A DNA stretch of 64,000 nucleotides from Nitrospirota bacterium (GCA_030682135.1 JAUXQT010000035.1:1022-65021), one strand, 5' to 3'. Shown: positions 40,853 to 50,101, numbered from the stretch's first letter. Numbers and translations: made by a program. The notes: generated from the sequence alone by a model not told the origin.

Positions 40853-41042
40853 CCCCTTTTTGCACGTAGTTTTTAACGAATTCTTCCGCGTTCTTTTCGA
40901 GCACGTCGTCGATTTCATCGACCAGCTTGTCGATGTCTTCCTTCATCTTCTTGCCGGCCTCGACGACCTTGGGATTGGCCTTAACGTCTTCTTTCCCCTG
41001 CGGCTCACGCCTGGGTTCCTGCTTGCGCTCCTGTTTCTCCAT
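40845..41042 (-). CDS. pup: prokaryotic ubiquitin-like protein Pup (GGE C-terminus)
   Basis: KLVDEIDDVLEKNAEEFVKNYVQKGGE, versus mycobacterial DLLDEIDDVLEENAEDFVRAYVQKGGQ as I recall it. Confidence 0.85.
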   Translation of the reverse strand: MEKQERKQEPRREPQGKEDVKANPKVVEAGKKMKEDIDKLVDEIDDVLEKNAEEFVKNYVQKGGE

Positions 41043-41246
41043 CCGAGCACCTCCCGTGTTTCTGGGAAACCCTCGTGGATCAGCACCAACGTGATCCCTG
41101 CGATCACCTTACTCCAGGGTCATTTCAGCCGTCAAGCCAAGCAAAGAAACGTGAAGTGGCGTCGGTCCGTAGCTATCAGTCATCAGCACGGATCTGAATG
41201 CTGATGGCTTCCGTGCTCGCCCTTCACGAGCGCCGACAACCACTCC

Positions 41247-41370
41247 CAGGATGCTCAAAAATTCCGTCCAGCAAGGCCGCAGGCGAATCGAAACCGGAGG
41301 CGTACCCTCAGGGGTACGTTGAGGATTTCGATGAGCCGAGAACGAAGCTGGCGGACTTTTTCAGCATCCT
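41247..41370. repeat. RepA copy 6
   Basis: CAGGATGCTCAAAAATTCCGTCCAGCAAGGCCGCAGGCG...GGCGGACTTTTTCAGCATCCT; ends 1 nt before the hppA stop codon. Confidence 0.85.
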
Positions 41371-41371
41371 C

Positions 41372-43423
41372 TTAAACGATCAGCGACACGATGAGCAAAG
41401 CCACAATGTTAATGACCTTGATCATCGGATTGATCGCCGGACCGGCCGTATCCTTATAGGGATCGCCGACCGTGTCTCCCGTCACTGCCGCCTTGTGCGT
41501 ATCCGTCCCCTTCAGGCCCTGCTCTTCAATATACTTTTTGGCGTTGTCCCAGGCGCCGCCGCCGCTCGTCATCGAGATCGCGACGAAGAGACCGGTCACA
41601 ATACTGCCGACGAGCATGCCGCCCAAGGCCTGCGGCCCCAGGATCATGCCGACGAGAATCGGCGAGACGACCGGGATCAATCCCGGCACCATCATCTTCT
41701 TGATCGCCGCCTGCGTCACGATGTCTACGCAGGTCCCGTATTCCGGCTTGCCGGTGCCTTCCATAATCCCTTTGATCGTCCTGAACTGCCGCCGCACTTC
41801 TTCCACCACGAGACCGGCTGCCTCTCCCACGGCTTTCATGCAGAGAGCCCCGAAGATAAAAGGCAGCATCCCGCCCAGAAAGAGCCCGACTAGAACGGAA
41901 GGATTGGACAAGTCGAAGGTGCTCGCCCCACTCCCTTTTGCCACCTCACGCGCATATTCCGCGAACAACACGACCGCCGCAAGACCGGCCGATCCGATCG
42001 CATAACCCTTGGTCACTGCTTTCGTCGTGTTGCCGACCGCATCCAAGGGATCGGTGATGTCCCGCACCTCTTTGCCGAGATGGGCCATCTCCGCGATGCC
42101 ACCCGCATTGTCCGTGATCGGACCGAACGCATCGATCGCCACCACGATACCGGCCATCGACAACATCGAGACCGCTGCAGTGGCCACGCCGTACAAACCA
42201 CCCGAAGCCGCGCCGCCGCAAATCCAGTAGCTCGTGAGAATCGCGCCGCCGATCACCACCACCGGCAAGGCCGTCGACTCCATCCCCACCGCCAACCCGG
42301 CGATGATGTTGGTCGCATGGCCCGTTTCACTCGCCTTGGCAATGGCCTTCACCGGCGCATAACTCTTGGAAGTGTAGTAATCGGTGATAAAGACGAGGGC
42401 AAGCGTCACGGCCAAGCCGATCAACGAAGCGAGGTAGTAGCTCATGCCACTCACTCCACCCACACCGGACATGATCGTCGTCGTCACGGGATAGAAGGCT
42501 ACCGCCGCAATGCCGCCCGCCACAAACAAGCCCTTATAGAGCGCCGGCATGATCCCGCCGCCCGGACTCACCTTCACGAAAAAGATACCGATGATCGTCG
42601 CGAAAATCGTCACGCCGCCTAACGCCAGCGGATACAGAATCGGCGCGCTCACTCCCTTGAACAGGGTGAAGGCCAAGACCATCGCCGCCACCGTCGTCAC
42701 CGCGTAGGTCTCGAAGAGGTCCGCGGCCATACCGGCGCAGTCGCCGACATTGTCACCCACGTTGTCCGCAATGACCGCCGGATTGCGCGGGTCGTCTTCA
42801 GGAATTCCCGCTTCGACTTTCCCCACCAGGTCTGCGCCGACGTCCGCCGCCTTCGTATAGATACCGCCGCCCACCCGGGCAAACACCGAAATCAAACTTC
42901 CACCGAACCCGAGACTGAGCAAGGCATGGATCGCCTTCTCCTGCCCTGAAATCTGCGAGGCCACCACATAGAAGAGCGTAATCGCCAGCAGGCCTAAGCC
43001 GATCAACAACAGTCCCGTCACAGCGCCACCGCGGAACGCCACGGTCAGCGCCGCATTCATGCCCTGATGGGCCGCCTGGGCCGTCCGCACGTTGGCCCGC
43101 ACCGCGATGACCATGCCCACATACCCGGCCAACGACGACGCGCCTGCACCAATCAAAAATCCAATCGCGGTCAGCAAGCCGAATTTATCGGAGATCGCTC
43201 CTGCGCCCCACAACATAACGAAGAGCACGGCTGCGACCACGCCGACGGTCCGATATTGGCGATTCAAATAGGCGCTCGCGCCTTCCTGAATCGCCTTCGC
43301 GATTTCCTGCATCTTCGGATTGCCGGCGTCCAGCTTGAACACCCACATAGCCAAATAGAGGCCGTAGGCAATGCCGGTCACCGCCGCCACTAACGCAAAG
43401 GTAATGATGGATGAGTCGCTCAC
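41372..43423 (-). CDS. hppA: membrane-integral proton/sodium-translocating pyrophosphatase
   Basis: [45 protein letters not shown]-type motifs; about 16 TM helices. Confidence 0.95.
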   Translation of the reverse strand: MSDSSIITFALVAAVTGIAYGLYLAMWVFKLDAGNPKMQEIAKAIQEGASAYLNRQYRTVGVVAAVLFVMLWGAGAISDKFGLLTAIGFLIGAGASSLAGYVGMVIAVRANVRTAQAAHQGMNAALTVAFRGGAVTGLLLIGLGLLAITLFYVVASQISGQEKAIHALLSLGFGGSLISVFARVGGGIYTKAADVGADLVGKVEAGIPEDDPRNPAVIADNVGDNVGDCAGMAADLFETYAVTTVAAMVLAFTLFKGVSAPILYPLALGGVTIFATIIGIFFVKVSPGGGIMPALYKGLFVAGGIAAVAFYPVTTTIMSGVGGVSGMSYYLASLIGLAVTLALVFITDYYTSKSYAPVKAIAKASETGHATNIIAGLAVGMESTALPVVVIGGAILTSYWICGGAASGGLYGVATAAVSMLSMAGIVVAIDAFGPITDNAGGIAEMAHLGKEVRDITDPLDAVGNTTKAVTKGYAIGSAGLAAVVLFAEYAREVAKGSGASTFDLSNPSVLVGLFLGGMLPFIFGALCMKAVGEAAGLVVEEVRRQFRTIKGIMEGTGKPEYGTCVDIVTQAAIKKMMVPGLIPVVSPILVGMILGPQALGGMLVGSIVTGLFVAISMTSGGGAWDNAKKYIEEQGLKGTDTHKAAVTGDTVGDPYKDTAGPAINPMIKVINIVALLIVSLIV

Positions 43424-43627
43424 TGTGGTCTCCTCCTGTTAGGGGTGTTGGGGGACACCCATTTCCTCTGGCTTCCATCCATCACGATCACGTGTTCGAT
43501 GGGAAACCTCGAAGTATTACAGAATCGATCCGTACAGCTAACTACCTGAAAAGTTGGGCCATTCTATACAGGTGGGAGAGGGGGATCAAGGACGAAAAAG
43601 GGGGGAAGGGAGCAGGCAACCGTCCTT

Positions 43628-43685
43628 CTTGCTCGCAGAACGCGCACAATCGGAATGTGCTCGTCCGATGCGCGCAGTGAAGGAC
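43628..43685. repeat. RepB unit
   Basis: CTTGCTCGCAGAACGCGCACAATCGGAATGTGCTCGTCCGATGCGCGCAGTGAAGGAC. Confidence 0.65.
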
Positions 43686-43718
43686 AGTGTGCCTACTCCC
43701 TATAGAGAAGGTGAAGAA

Positions 43719-43772
43719 TCAGAAGGCCCTCGTTGGACGCGCGCAGTGGAAGATCAATCAGCCCCCATCCCT
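43719..43772. repeat. RepB unit (right half plus tail)
   Basis: CAGAAGGCCCTCGTTGGACGCGCGCAGTGGAAGATCAATCAGCCCCCATCCC. Confidence 0.65.
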
Positions 43773-43825
43773 TGAGAGAGGTACCGAGCGAGCTGGGAGG
43801 GAGGAAGAGGACGCCTGCGTCGGTT

Positions 43826-43883
43826 CTTTGCTCCCGGAACGCGCGCCCTCAGAAGGGCCTCGTTCGACGGCCTCAGTAGAACC
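43826..43883. repeat. RepB unit
   Basis: TTTGCTCCCGGAACGCGCGCCCTCAGAAGGGCCTCGTTCGACGGCCTCAGTAGAACC. Confidence 0.7.
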
Positions 43884-43947
43884 GACAGCAGGCATCCGCC
43901 TAGGAAATGTGGAAAGGAAGGCTGAGAAAGATGCCCGATGATCTTTT

Positions 43948-44015
43948 GGATGAATGTCCAGTCCAGCCAACCAGACAAACAAATCAGACGAGAGAGACCA
44001 GAGAAACCATCCAGC
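43948..44015. repeat. RepC half-copy B (AACCAGA arm only)
   Basis: GGATGAATGTCCAGTCCAGCCAACCAGACAAACAAATCAGACGAGAGAGACCAGAGAAACC; compare copy C. Confidence 0.6.
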
Positions 44016-44021
44016 CGAGTC

Positions 44022-44249
44022 TCAGCCTCCAATCTTGAGCCAGACATAGGGCGTCAGATAATAGGCCGCGATGGACAGCAGCACACCAATCCCTGCTCCG
44101 AGCAACCCGGTCACATAGACCCCGGCGAAGGGAGAGAAGAGCACGACGAGAATCATGAGGATCGCAAGGAACCGATGGCGCTCATAGAAGATCTGGCGTC
44201 GCTCACTGGTGAGCGACTCGGCGAAAGATAGATCGGAAGGAGGCAGCAT
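44022..44249 (-). CDS. small 2-TM membrane protein
   Basis: 75 aa from MLPPSDLSF; two hydrophobic helices. Confidence 0.4.
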   Translation of the reverse strand: MLPPSDLSFAESLTSERRQIFYERHRFLAILMILVVLFSPFAGVYVTGLLGAGIGVLLSIAAYYLTPYVWLKIGG

Positions 44250-44321
44250 AGACGGAGTATAGAAGAAGCACCGAGTGGAGAACAACGCGAGGGGATAGGA
44301 AGGAGAAAACGGGCAACCTGG

Positions 44322-44482
44322 TCGCCCTCCTGCTCGCGGAACGCGCATAGGCTCGCCTGTCTGGTTCTTCCGGATGAATTTCCGGTCCAATCAACCAGAC
44401 AAACCAGATAGACGGGATAGACCAGATGAACCTGCCACCGTTCGACGCGCGCAATGGAAGATCACTCAGGCCCCATCCCTAC
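44322..44482. repeat. RepB unit split by RepC copy C (44357-44432)
   Basis: CTGCTCGCGGAACGCGCATAGG | TGTCTGGTT...AACCAGACAAACCAGATAGACGGGATAGACCAGATGAAC | GTTCGACGCGCGCAATGGAAGATCACTCAGGCCCCATCCC. Confidence 0.7.
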
Positions 44483-44621
44483 GAGACAGCAAGCGATCTT
44501 GGAGGGAGCATCTGTTGCCTTGTTTGACGCCGAAGTGGGACCAACATGGTGCCCTTCCTGGAGAGGAAAAGCGCGCGAGCTTGAAGGGAATGTGAGGAGG
44601 CAGGCTAGACAAGCTCCTATG

Positions 44622-44649
44622 TTGACAACTCATATAGGCACAATGTAAT
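44622..44649 (+). promoter_or_regulatory. candidate promoter/operator of mazEF
   Basis: TTGACA (44622-44627), 16-nt spacer, TGTAAT; overlaps the palindrome GTAATTAC. Confidence 0.35.
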
Positions 44650-44685
44650 TACACGATAGAATTACCTTGAATGTGAGGGGACGGC

Positions 44686-44940
44686 ATGAAGGCACAGGTC
44701 GTGCGAATCGGAAACTCCAAGGGAATCAGGATTCCCAAATCCGTCATCGAGCAATGTCAGTTGCACGGGACGATCGATCTCATTGTGCAACAAGGACAAC
44801 TGCTCGTTCGCTCAGCGACCAAAGCACGGGCAGGCTGGGACCAGGCCTTCGAGCAGATGCATCGCCACGGAGATGACCAGCTTATAGATCGTGAAACAGC
44901 AGCCACGTCTGAGTGGGATCGGAAAAACTGGACGTGGTAG
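44686..44940 (+). CDS. mazE: AbrB/MazE/SpoVT-family antitoxin
   Basis: MKAQVVRIGNSKGIRIPKSVIEQ swapped-hairpin motif. Confidence 0.85.
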   Translation: MKAQVVRIGNSKGIRIPKSVIEQCQLHGTIDLIVQQGQLLVRSATKARAGWDQAFEQMHRHGDDQLIDRETAATSEWDRKNWTW

Positions 44941-45257
44941 TCGCCCGATTCGAGGTATTTCTCGTACGCCTCGCCCCCACTGAGGGCCGTGAAATCCGCA
45001 AGACCCGCCCCTGCCTCATCATTTCCCCTGACGAAATGAATCACCATATCGACACCGTCATCGTAGCCCCCATGACCACAAAAGGCCGCCCCTACCCCAC
45101 CCGCGTCCCAGTTCGATTCAAGGGAAAATCTGGGCAGATCGTGCTGGATCAGATCAGAACCGTGGACAAGGCTCGATTGGTCAAGCGCGTCGGCAAGATC
45201 GGCGCAGTGACCAGAGCGCAGGTCCTCACCCTCCTCGCAGAACTCTTCGCCCCCTAA
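44913..45257 (+). CDS. mazF: MazF/PemK-family endoribonuclease toxin
   Basis: GREIRKTRPCLIISPDEMN...VIVAPMTTKGRPYPTRV...VLDQIRTVDKARL. Start uncertain (ATG 44913 or GTG 44934). Confidence 0.85.
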   Translation: MGSEKLDVVVARFEVFLVRLAPTEGREIRKTRPCLIISPDEMNHHIDTVIVAPMTTKGRPYPTRVPVRFKGKSGQIVLDQIRTVDKARLVKRVGKIGAVTRAQVLTLLAELFAP

Positions 45258-45288
45258 AAGAAGAGCGGCTGGAGGCTGATGATCTTCG

Positions 45289-45345
45289 GTGCTCGCGCAA
45301 CGCGCGGCCTCAGAAGGCCCTCGTGCGATGCGCACAGTTGCTCAC
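45289..45345. repeat. RepB unit
   Basis: GGTGCTCGCGCAACGCGCGGCCTCAGAAGGCCCTCGTGCGATGCGCACAGTTGCTCAC. Confidence 0.7.
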
Positions 45346-45408
45346 AACATAATGTCTGAGCGCAAGCGGGTGAGAACATGTTCCTCCTCCCCGCGTGATC
45401 GCCAGCCC

Positions 45409-46272
45409 TTACTTATTGTCGCTGGAGGCCGTACGTAACGAGTGGGCCAGGCCGAGGAGGGAGAGCGTGAAGATCAGCCACTTCGACGGGTCGAAGTTGT
45501 ACCAGCGTGGGCCATTGCGGTAATCGCTTTGATAGCTATGGTGATAGTTATGGTAGCCTTCGCCAAAGGTCAGGAGCGAGACCAACCAGCTATCCCGGCT
45601 GGAATCAGCCTGACCATGTGGTTGGCTTCCCCAGAGATGGCAGACCGAATTAATGCAAAATGTCGAATTGAGTACGGCAAAGGTTCGTCCGACGCCGGCA
45701 AGCAGAAAACATCCCAGCCCCCCGATCCAGCCGTTGTACAGAAATCCCACCACGAACGGGAGCGCCAAACCTGAGAGGACGATGGGCAGGTAGTAGCGGT
45801 GCTGCCACATCACGAGGGGGTCTTGTCGCAAACGCGACGCGTATTTGTCATCCGCATGGGTATCCTTGATGAACAGCCATCCGCAGTGGCTGTACCAGAA
45901 TCCCCGCTGGGCGTTATACGGATCGGCCTCTTGATCGCAATTCGCATGGTGGCGGATATGGTCCGCGGCCCACTTCAGCGCCGAGTTTTCGAGCGCCCAT
46001 CCCCCGGCGATGAGTAATCCCGCCTTCACCCAAGGAAGGCAATCGAAGCTGCGGTGCGCCAGCAGACGGTGGTAGCCAACAGTAATGCCCAAACCGGTCA
46101 CGACATACAGCACGGCGAACATGGTCCAGTCCAGCCAGGTGAATCCATACGAGTAGGCAAAGACTGGAACTCCAATCAGCGCGCCACACGCGACGAGACC
46201 AAACAGGAACGTGGTCAGATAATTCGGGGTGGCCTCTGTACGCGGCAATGCTGGCTGCTGTGACTGTGTCAT
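45409..46272 (-). CDS. acyl-CoA/acyl-lipid delta-9-type fatty-acid desaturase
   Basis: Histidine boxes HRLLAHRSF, DHIRHHANCD, HNYHHSY in a 4-TM protein. Confidence 0.9.
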   Translation of the reverse strand: MTQSQQPALPRTEATPNYLTTFLFGLVACGALIGVPVFAYSYGFTWLDWTMFAVLYVVTGLGITVGYHRLLAHRSFDCLPWVKAGLLIAGGWALENSALKWAADHIRHHANCDQEADPYNAQRGFWYSHCGWLFIKDTHADDKYASRLRQDPLVMWQHRYYLPIVLSGLALPFVVGFLYNGWIGGLGCFLLAGVGRTFAVLNSTFCINSVCHLWGSQPHGQADSSRDSWLVSLLTFGEGYHNYHHSYQSDYRNGPRWYNFDPSKWLIFTLSLLGLAHSLRTASSDNK

Positions 46273-46341
46273 GGATGTGATCCTCTGGGTGAAGGTGGGG
46301 CGCCTCGGATGAGACGCCCCGCTCGTTGCATCGCGGAGTGC

Positions 46342-46662
46342 CTAGAACCGGCTGCGACCGCCGAAATCGTTGCCGCCACGTCCGCCGCCGCCACCACCGC
46401 CGCCGGTGCGGGGTTCTTGTGGCTTGGCTTCGTTCACAGTCAACGGGCGTCCGTCCATCTGTGTGCCGTTCAAGGCGGAAATCGCCGCCTGACCTTCTGC
46501 CTGCGTGGCCATTTCGACGAAGCCGAAGCCTCGCGACTGTCCGGTAAACTTGTCGGTGATCACACGCGCGGACTCGACGGTCCCGTGTGCTGCGAACAAG
46601 GTGGTGAGCTGCGATTCAGTTGCCGCATAGGGCAACCCGCCAACATACAGTTTGGAACCCAT
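46342..46662 (-). CDS. RRM-type glycine-rich RNA-binding protein (paralogue of 4799-5095)
   Basis: KLYVGGL, RGFGFVEM, GGGGGGGGRGG tail; start at MGSKLYV. Confidence 0.9.
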   Translation of the reverse strand: MGSKLYVGGLPYAATESQLTTLFAAHGTVESARVITDKFTGQSRGFGFVEMATQAEGQAAISALNGTQMDGRPLTVNEAKPQEPRTGGGGGGGGRGGNDFGGRSRF

Positions 46663-46715
46663 GGGGGTCCTCCTTCTGAAAATTGATATTGTGGGGAACA
46701 CGAGAACAACTTCAC

Positions 46716-46799
46716 GAGGGGAAGGAGAGGGCCGAAGGCGCAAACAACAAGGCGACCTAGGTCAGACTTCCGATCAGATTCTCGGGAACAACAACATCC
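46716..46799 (-). promoter_or_regulatory. conserved 5' leader block (second copy)
   Basis: GGGCCGAAGGCGCAAACAACAAGGCGACCTAGGTCAGACTTCCGATCAGATTC; see 5144-5232. Confidence 0.5.
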
Positions 46800-46904
46800 G
46801 AAATGGGCCGTGTGATGTGATGTTTCATGCGAGGCCCGCCGCCATGAGACACCTTCACTCTACCATGCATCCGCATGAATAGCCATTCACGGTCATTGGA
46901 CAGG

Positions 46905-47100
46905 CTAGCCCGCATTATTCATGAGCACTTCTGCTGCAATCGCGGATTCGCGGCTACGACAAGCCTTCGGCTGGCAGGCTCGCCGTTCGTTCCCTCGACG
47001 TACTGTTCAAGTACGCCTCGGGCTCTCACGGCTCCGCGTGCCCGTCTCGCGACGCGACTACGCGATTTCGCGACGAACCGTCATGAATAATGCGGGCTAG
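46905..47100. mobile_element. RepD, 196-bp MITE-like element, copy 1
   Basis: Perfect 20-bp terminal inverted repeats CTAGCCCGCATTATTCATGA / TCATGAATAATGCGGGCTAG; no ORF. Confidence 0.8.
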
Positions 47101-47222
47101 ATGAGCGAGAGCCGGTGAGACTACGGGAAATGGAAGTTCGTAACGGCGGCGGTGACGACACAGGCTGGATTGTTAGTGCTCTTCTCGACAAACACGGATG
47201 AATTACGCGATGAAGAATATTC

Positions 47223-47516
47223 CTATGTTTTCGTTTCGAACCGGCAGAATCGAGCGAAGATCAGTGGGAGTGAAGCAGCTGCGCCTGCGCAGAAAAGAAA
47301 GAGTCCGAGCTGCGGAACCTGAAGATATTCGAGCAGGGCGCCAGGAAGCCCTACAGCCGCAGCCCAGCCAAGAACGATTCGCATGCCATTGCTCGGTGGA
47401 ATGACGGACTCACCACCGCAGTCTGGACAGCGATAGGGCGTACGTCTGCTGACGCGCAGGACGCCCAGAGCGCGAATACCTGCTCCGCAGTGGGGACATA
47501 ACCCGGCACTAGTCAT
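47223..47516 (-). CDS. zinc-ribbon membrane protein
   Basis: CPHC...CPDC followed by two TM helices. Confidence 0.45.
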   Translation of the reverse strand: MTSAGLCPHCGAGIRALGVLRVSRRTPYRCPDCGGESVIPPSNGMRIVLGWAAAVGLPGALLEYLQVPQLGLFLFCAGAAASLPLIFARFCRFETKT

Positions 47517-47761
47517 GAGATGTAAGGGCCGCCTTGTTGATTGAATCCAGCTGCTCCAACTACCTTAACGGTACCATACCGATGCACTTTCGTCCCGCGA
47601 TCGGGTCGCCACACATGGGCGCGTGGCGGTCCAGCGTTCTTTGTCCATCCACTCCACTATGTACTCCTCATCCCATACCCTCCGCTGCTCGCGCCCCTCG
47701 CTTCACGGAGCAGCCATAGACCCGCCAAGCCCTGACAACGTAGAATGAGCTGGCTTCATCG

Positions 47762-48046
47762 ATGGGGGAAATCAGAATGGAAGAAGCCCGCTCTGTCGAA
47801 ATTATGGAGATTGTCGTCTGTGCGAGCGGCGGCGTCTATGGCGCAGTATTGGCCTACGGCCTGAGACAGCAGTGGCGCTGGATGACCGATCCACCGGAAT
47901 GGACATCGGTGATCTACTTTCCCACAGTGGTCAAGATGATTTGGGGGCCCACACATGTTCGGACCTTTGCCTATCTGACAGCCTACGGTTCCTTCGCGAT
48001 GAGTCTCTTTTGTCTTGCCCAAGCCGTGGTGGCTTCCTTCAGCTAG
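47762..48046 (+). CDS. small membrane protein
   Basis: 94 aa, 3 hydrophobic segments; its TAG stop lies in the CTAG end of RepD copy 2. Confidence 0.35.
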   Translation: MGEIRMEEARSVEIMEIVVCASGGVYGAVLAYGLRQQWRWMTDPPEWTSVIYFPTVVKMIWGPTHVRTFAYLTAYGSFAMSLFCLAQAVVASFS

Positions 48047-48238
48047 CCCGCATTATTCATGAGCACTTCTGCTGCAATCGCGGATTCGCTGCTATGACAA
48101 GCCCGCGGCGGGCAGGCTCACCGTTCGTTCCCTCGGCGTACTGTTCAAGTACGCCTCGGGCTCTCACGGCTCCGCGTGCCCGTCTCGCAACGCGACTGCG
48201 CGATTTCGCAACGAACTGTCATGAATAATGCGGGCTAG
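48043..48238. mobile_element. RepD, 196-bp MITE-like element, copy 2
   Basis: Same length and orientation as copy 1; about a dozen substitutions by eye. Confidence 0.8.
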
Positions 48239-48247
48239 ATGGTCTCC

Positions 48248-48338
48248 TGTGCTCGCGCAACGCGCAGACCGGTTTATTTAGTTCTTTTAGTTTCTCTCGT
48301 TCAAACAACCAAAAAACGAGATAGACCAGATGAACCAG
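48248..48338. repeat. RepB left half joined to degenerate RepC copy D
   Basis: GTGCTCGCGCAACGCGCAGACC then GGTTTATTTAGTTCTTTTAGTTTCTCTCG / CGAGATAGACCAGATGAACCAG. Confidence 0.55.
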
Positions 48339-48391
48339 CTCCCGCTCGATCGGTGCTTGCGTGAGCCAGGCGAAATAGCTATCCTTCTGGC

Positions 48392-48916
48392 GTGAATCTG
48401 CACGATGAGCACAGCTCAATATCGAACAGACTGCTTGGGATTGTCCTCTGTCTCCTGCTCAGTGCCTGCAGCGCGTCACCCAAGACAGCAACCACTGAAG
48501 AACGAACCGTGGGCCAGGATCGTGCAGCCGTTGAGAACAATGGCGTACAACCTCCCGCAGGGACCACCGAGGGGCAAGCAGCCGTCACTCGACCAGGCGC
48601 GAGATGCACCACGCAGCTGAAACAGGGCTATGCACTCAGAGAACGCATCGATAAGGAGTACTGGCAGAGCAGAAGAGCCGGAACATTTCGAGATCAGAGA
48701 GATGCATTCATCGCGCGATGGGAAAAAGAAGCAGGAAAATGGGCCGCAGAGACCAAAACCGTGCTGCTACACATTGGCGGACCGGCCGCGAGGGACCGTT
48801 TCCAGAATGCACAAACACCGATCGGCATGGTGAGCGGCGATGTGCAGTGGAACAACATCAGAAATTATCTTCGGACCAGATTGGCCGCCCTCGATTCGAT
48901 CTGCAAGATGCCCTAA
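48392..48916 (+). CDS. hypothetical lipoprotein
   Basis: Lipobox LLLSACS; no other motif. Confidence 0.5.
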   Translation: MNLHDEHSSISNRLLGIVLCLLLSACSASPKTATTEERTVGQDRAAVENNGVQPPAGTTEGQAAVTRPGARCTTQLKQGYALRERIDKEYWQSRRAGTFRDQRDAFIARWEKEAGKWAAETKTVLLHIGGPAARDRFQNAQTPIGMVSGDVQWNNIRNYLRTRLAALDSICKMP

Positions 48917-48985
48917 CCTCCCCGACAGCAACAGACTCCCGGCACAGGTTCCTTCTTCGAAGCCCCTCGCGCCCGCGTTGCAGCC

Positions 48986-49261
48986 CTACCGAGGAAGGTC
49001 CTCACCCGACAAGAGACGTTGCGCCTGGGTGATCGCTGCCAGGAGCGCATCCCGTTCTTCTTGGCTCTTCTTCGATGCAGGCACAATCGCCACAAACCCT
49101 TTCGCGGCGGCCGTCAGAGTCTGCAGCGTCTCCGCCATGTCACCCTGCAGAGGAACCTGCGACGTCGACGCCGCACGGGCGAGCCTCCGCCGGGGCCCGA
49201 CATACATTTGCGGCGCAACCGGATTATCCTTTATCAACTCGGGTCGACGAAATACTCCCAT
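48986..49261 (-). CDS. hypothetical protein
   Basis: 91-aa ORF, helical-looking C-terminal half; no motif. Confidence 0.35.
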   Translation of the reverse strand: MGVFRRPELIKDNPVAPQMYVGPRRRLARAASTSQVPLQGDMAETLQTLTAAAKGFVAIVPASKKSQEERDALLAAITQAQRLLSGEDLPR

Positions 49262-49356
49262 GATGCCTCCTCACCAACAAACAAAGACAAATGATCCGCA
49301 CACTCTACTCGATTCGCCGCGGGAATTGCATCGGGACGTGAGTTCAGGAGCAAGCC

Positions 49357-49500
49357 GTTTGGTTTATCTGGTTGGTCTGGTCTGTTTGGTTGGTTTCGCG
49401 ACGTGAACTAGAGAAACGAAATGAACCAGAAGAACCAGGGAAACCAGACACACGAGATAGACCAGTCGGCGGCCTGCGGGAACGGACCGTCAGATTCGGA
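49357..49500. repeat. RepC copy E
   Basis: GTTTGGTTTATCTGGTTGGTCTGGTCTGTTTGGTTGG / AACCAGAAGAACCAGGGAAACCAGACA...GACCAGTCGGCGGCC..GGACCGTCAGATTCGG. Confidence 0.8.
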
Positions 49501-49505
49501 TGAGG

Positions 49506-49832
49506 TTAGGAGGATTCAGGGTGTGAGGTCGCCGGACGGATGCGGATGCGCCCTGGCTCAACAGTCACAATCGCTCCCGCCTGCAATTCTGCCCCGTAGC
49601 GATTGAGGGCCATTACGCAAGCGGTCGCTTGTTGAGAAGCCGACAAGATCACCAGCTGGATAATTCCGGCATGCGCCTGTTCTCGCACCACAGCCAGCTC
49701 ACCGAAATCCTTGTCGAGGGTAATGAGGATACGGCCTTCCAGAGAGGCCCGCGCCAAGATTTCATCGTGCCCGGCTGCCATCAGTGGGGCAACTGTCCCA
49801 CCTGCGATGCAGGTATCCAGGAGAAGTTTCAC
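49506..49832 (-). CDS. DUF5615-type PIN-like toxin (Mut7-C-like)
   Basis: MKLLLDTCI...ILITLDKDFGEL; 4-nt overlap with the upstream DUF433 gene. Confidence 0.7.
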   Translation of the reverse strand: MKLLLDTCIAGGTVAPLMAAGHDEILARASLEGRILITLDKDFGELAVVREQAHAGIIQLVILSASQQATACVMALNRYGAELQAGAIVTVEPGRIRIRPATSHPESS

Positions 49833-50101
49833 GAGGCAGTTTCAAGAGGAAACGGTTCAATTCGCTCGTGACCGACAATCCGATGCGCGTAGGCCAGACA
49901 GGCCTGAATATCCTCGCGCTCCAGCCATGGATAGCCATGAAGAATCGTGTCCGTCGTATCCCCGGCCGCCAGCATGCCGAGCACATGTTCCACGGCAAGG
50001 CGGCGGCCCCGGATAATCGGCTTTCCACCGAAAATCTTCGGGTCGACCGTAATACGTTTAAGAAGGAGTTGCTCATCCATCATAGGCCACCTCACATGCA
50101 C
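49829..50101 (-). CDS. DUF433 antitoxin-like protein
   Basis: ITVDPKIFGGKPIIRGRRLAVEHVLGMLAAG...ILHGYPWLEREDIQACLAYA. Confidence 0.75.
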   Translation of the reverse strand: MHVRWPMMDEQLLLKRITVDPKIFGGKPIIRGRRLAVEHVLGMLAAGDTTDTILHGYPWLEREDIQACLAYAHRIVGHERIEPFPLETAS

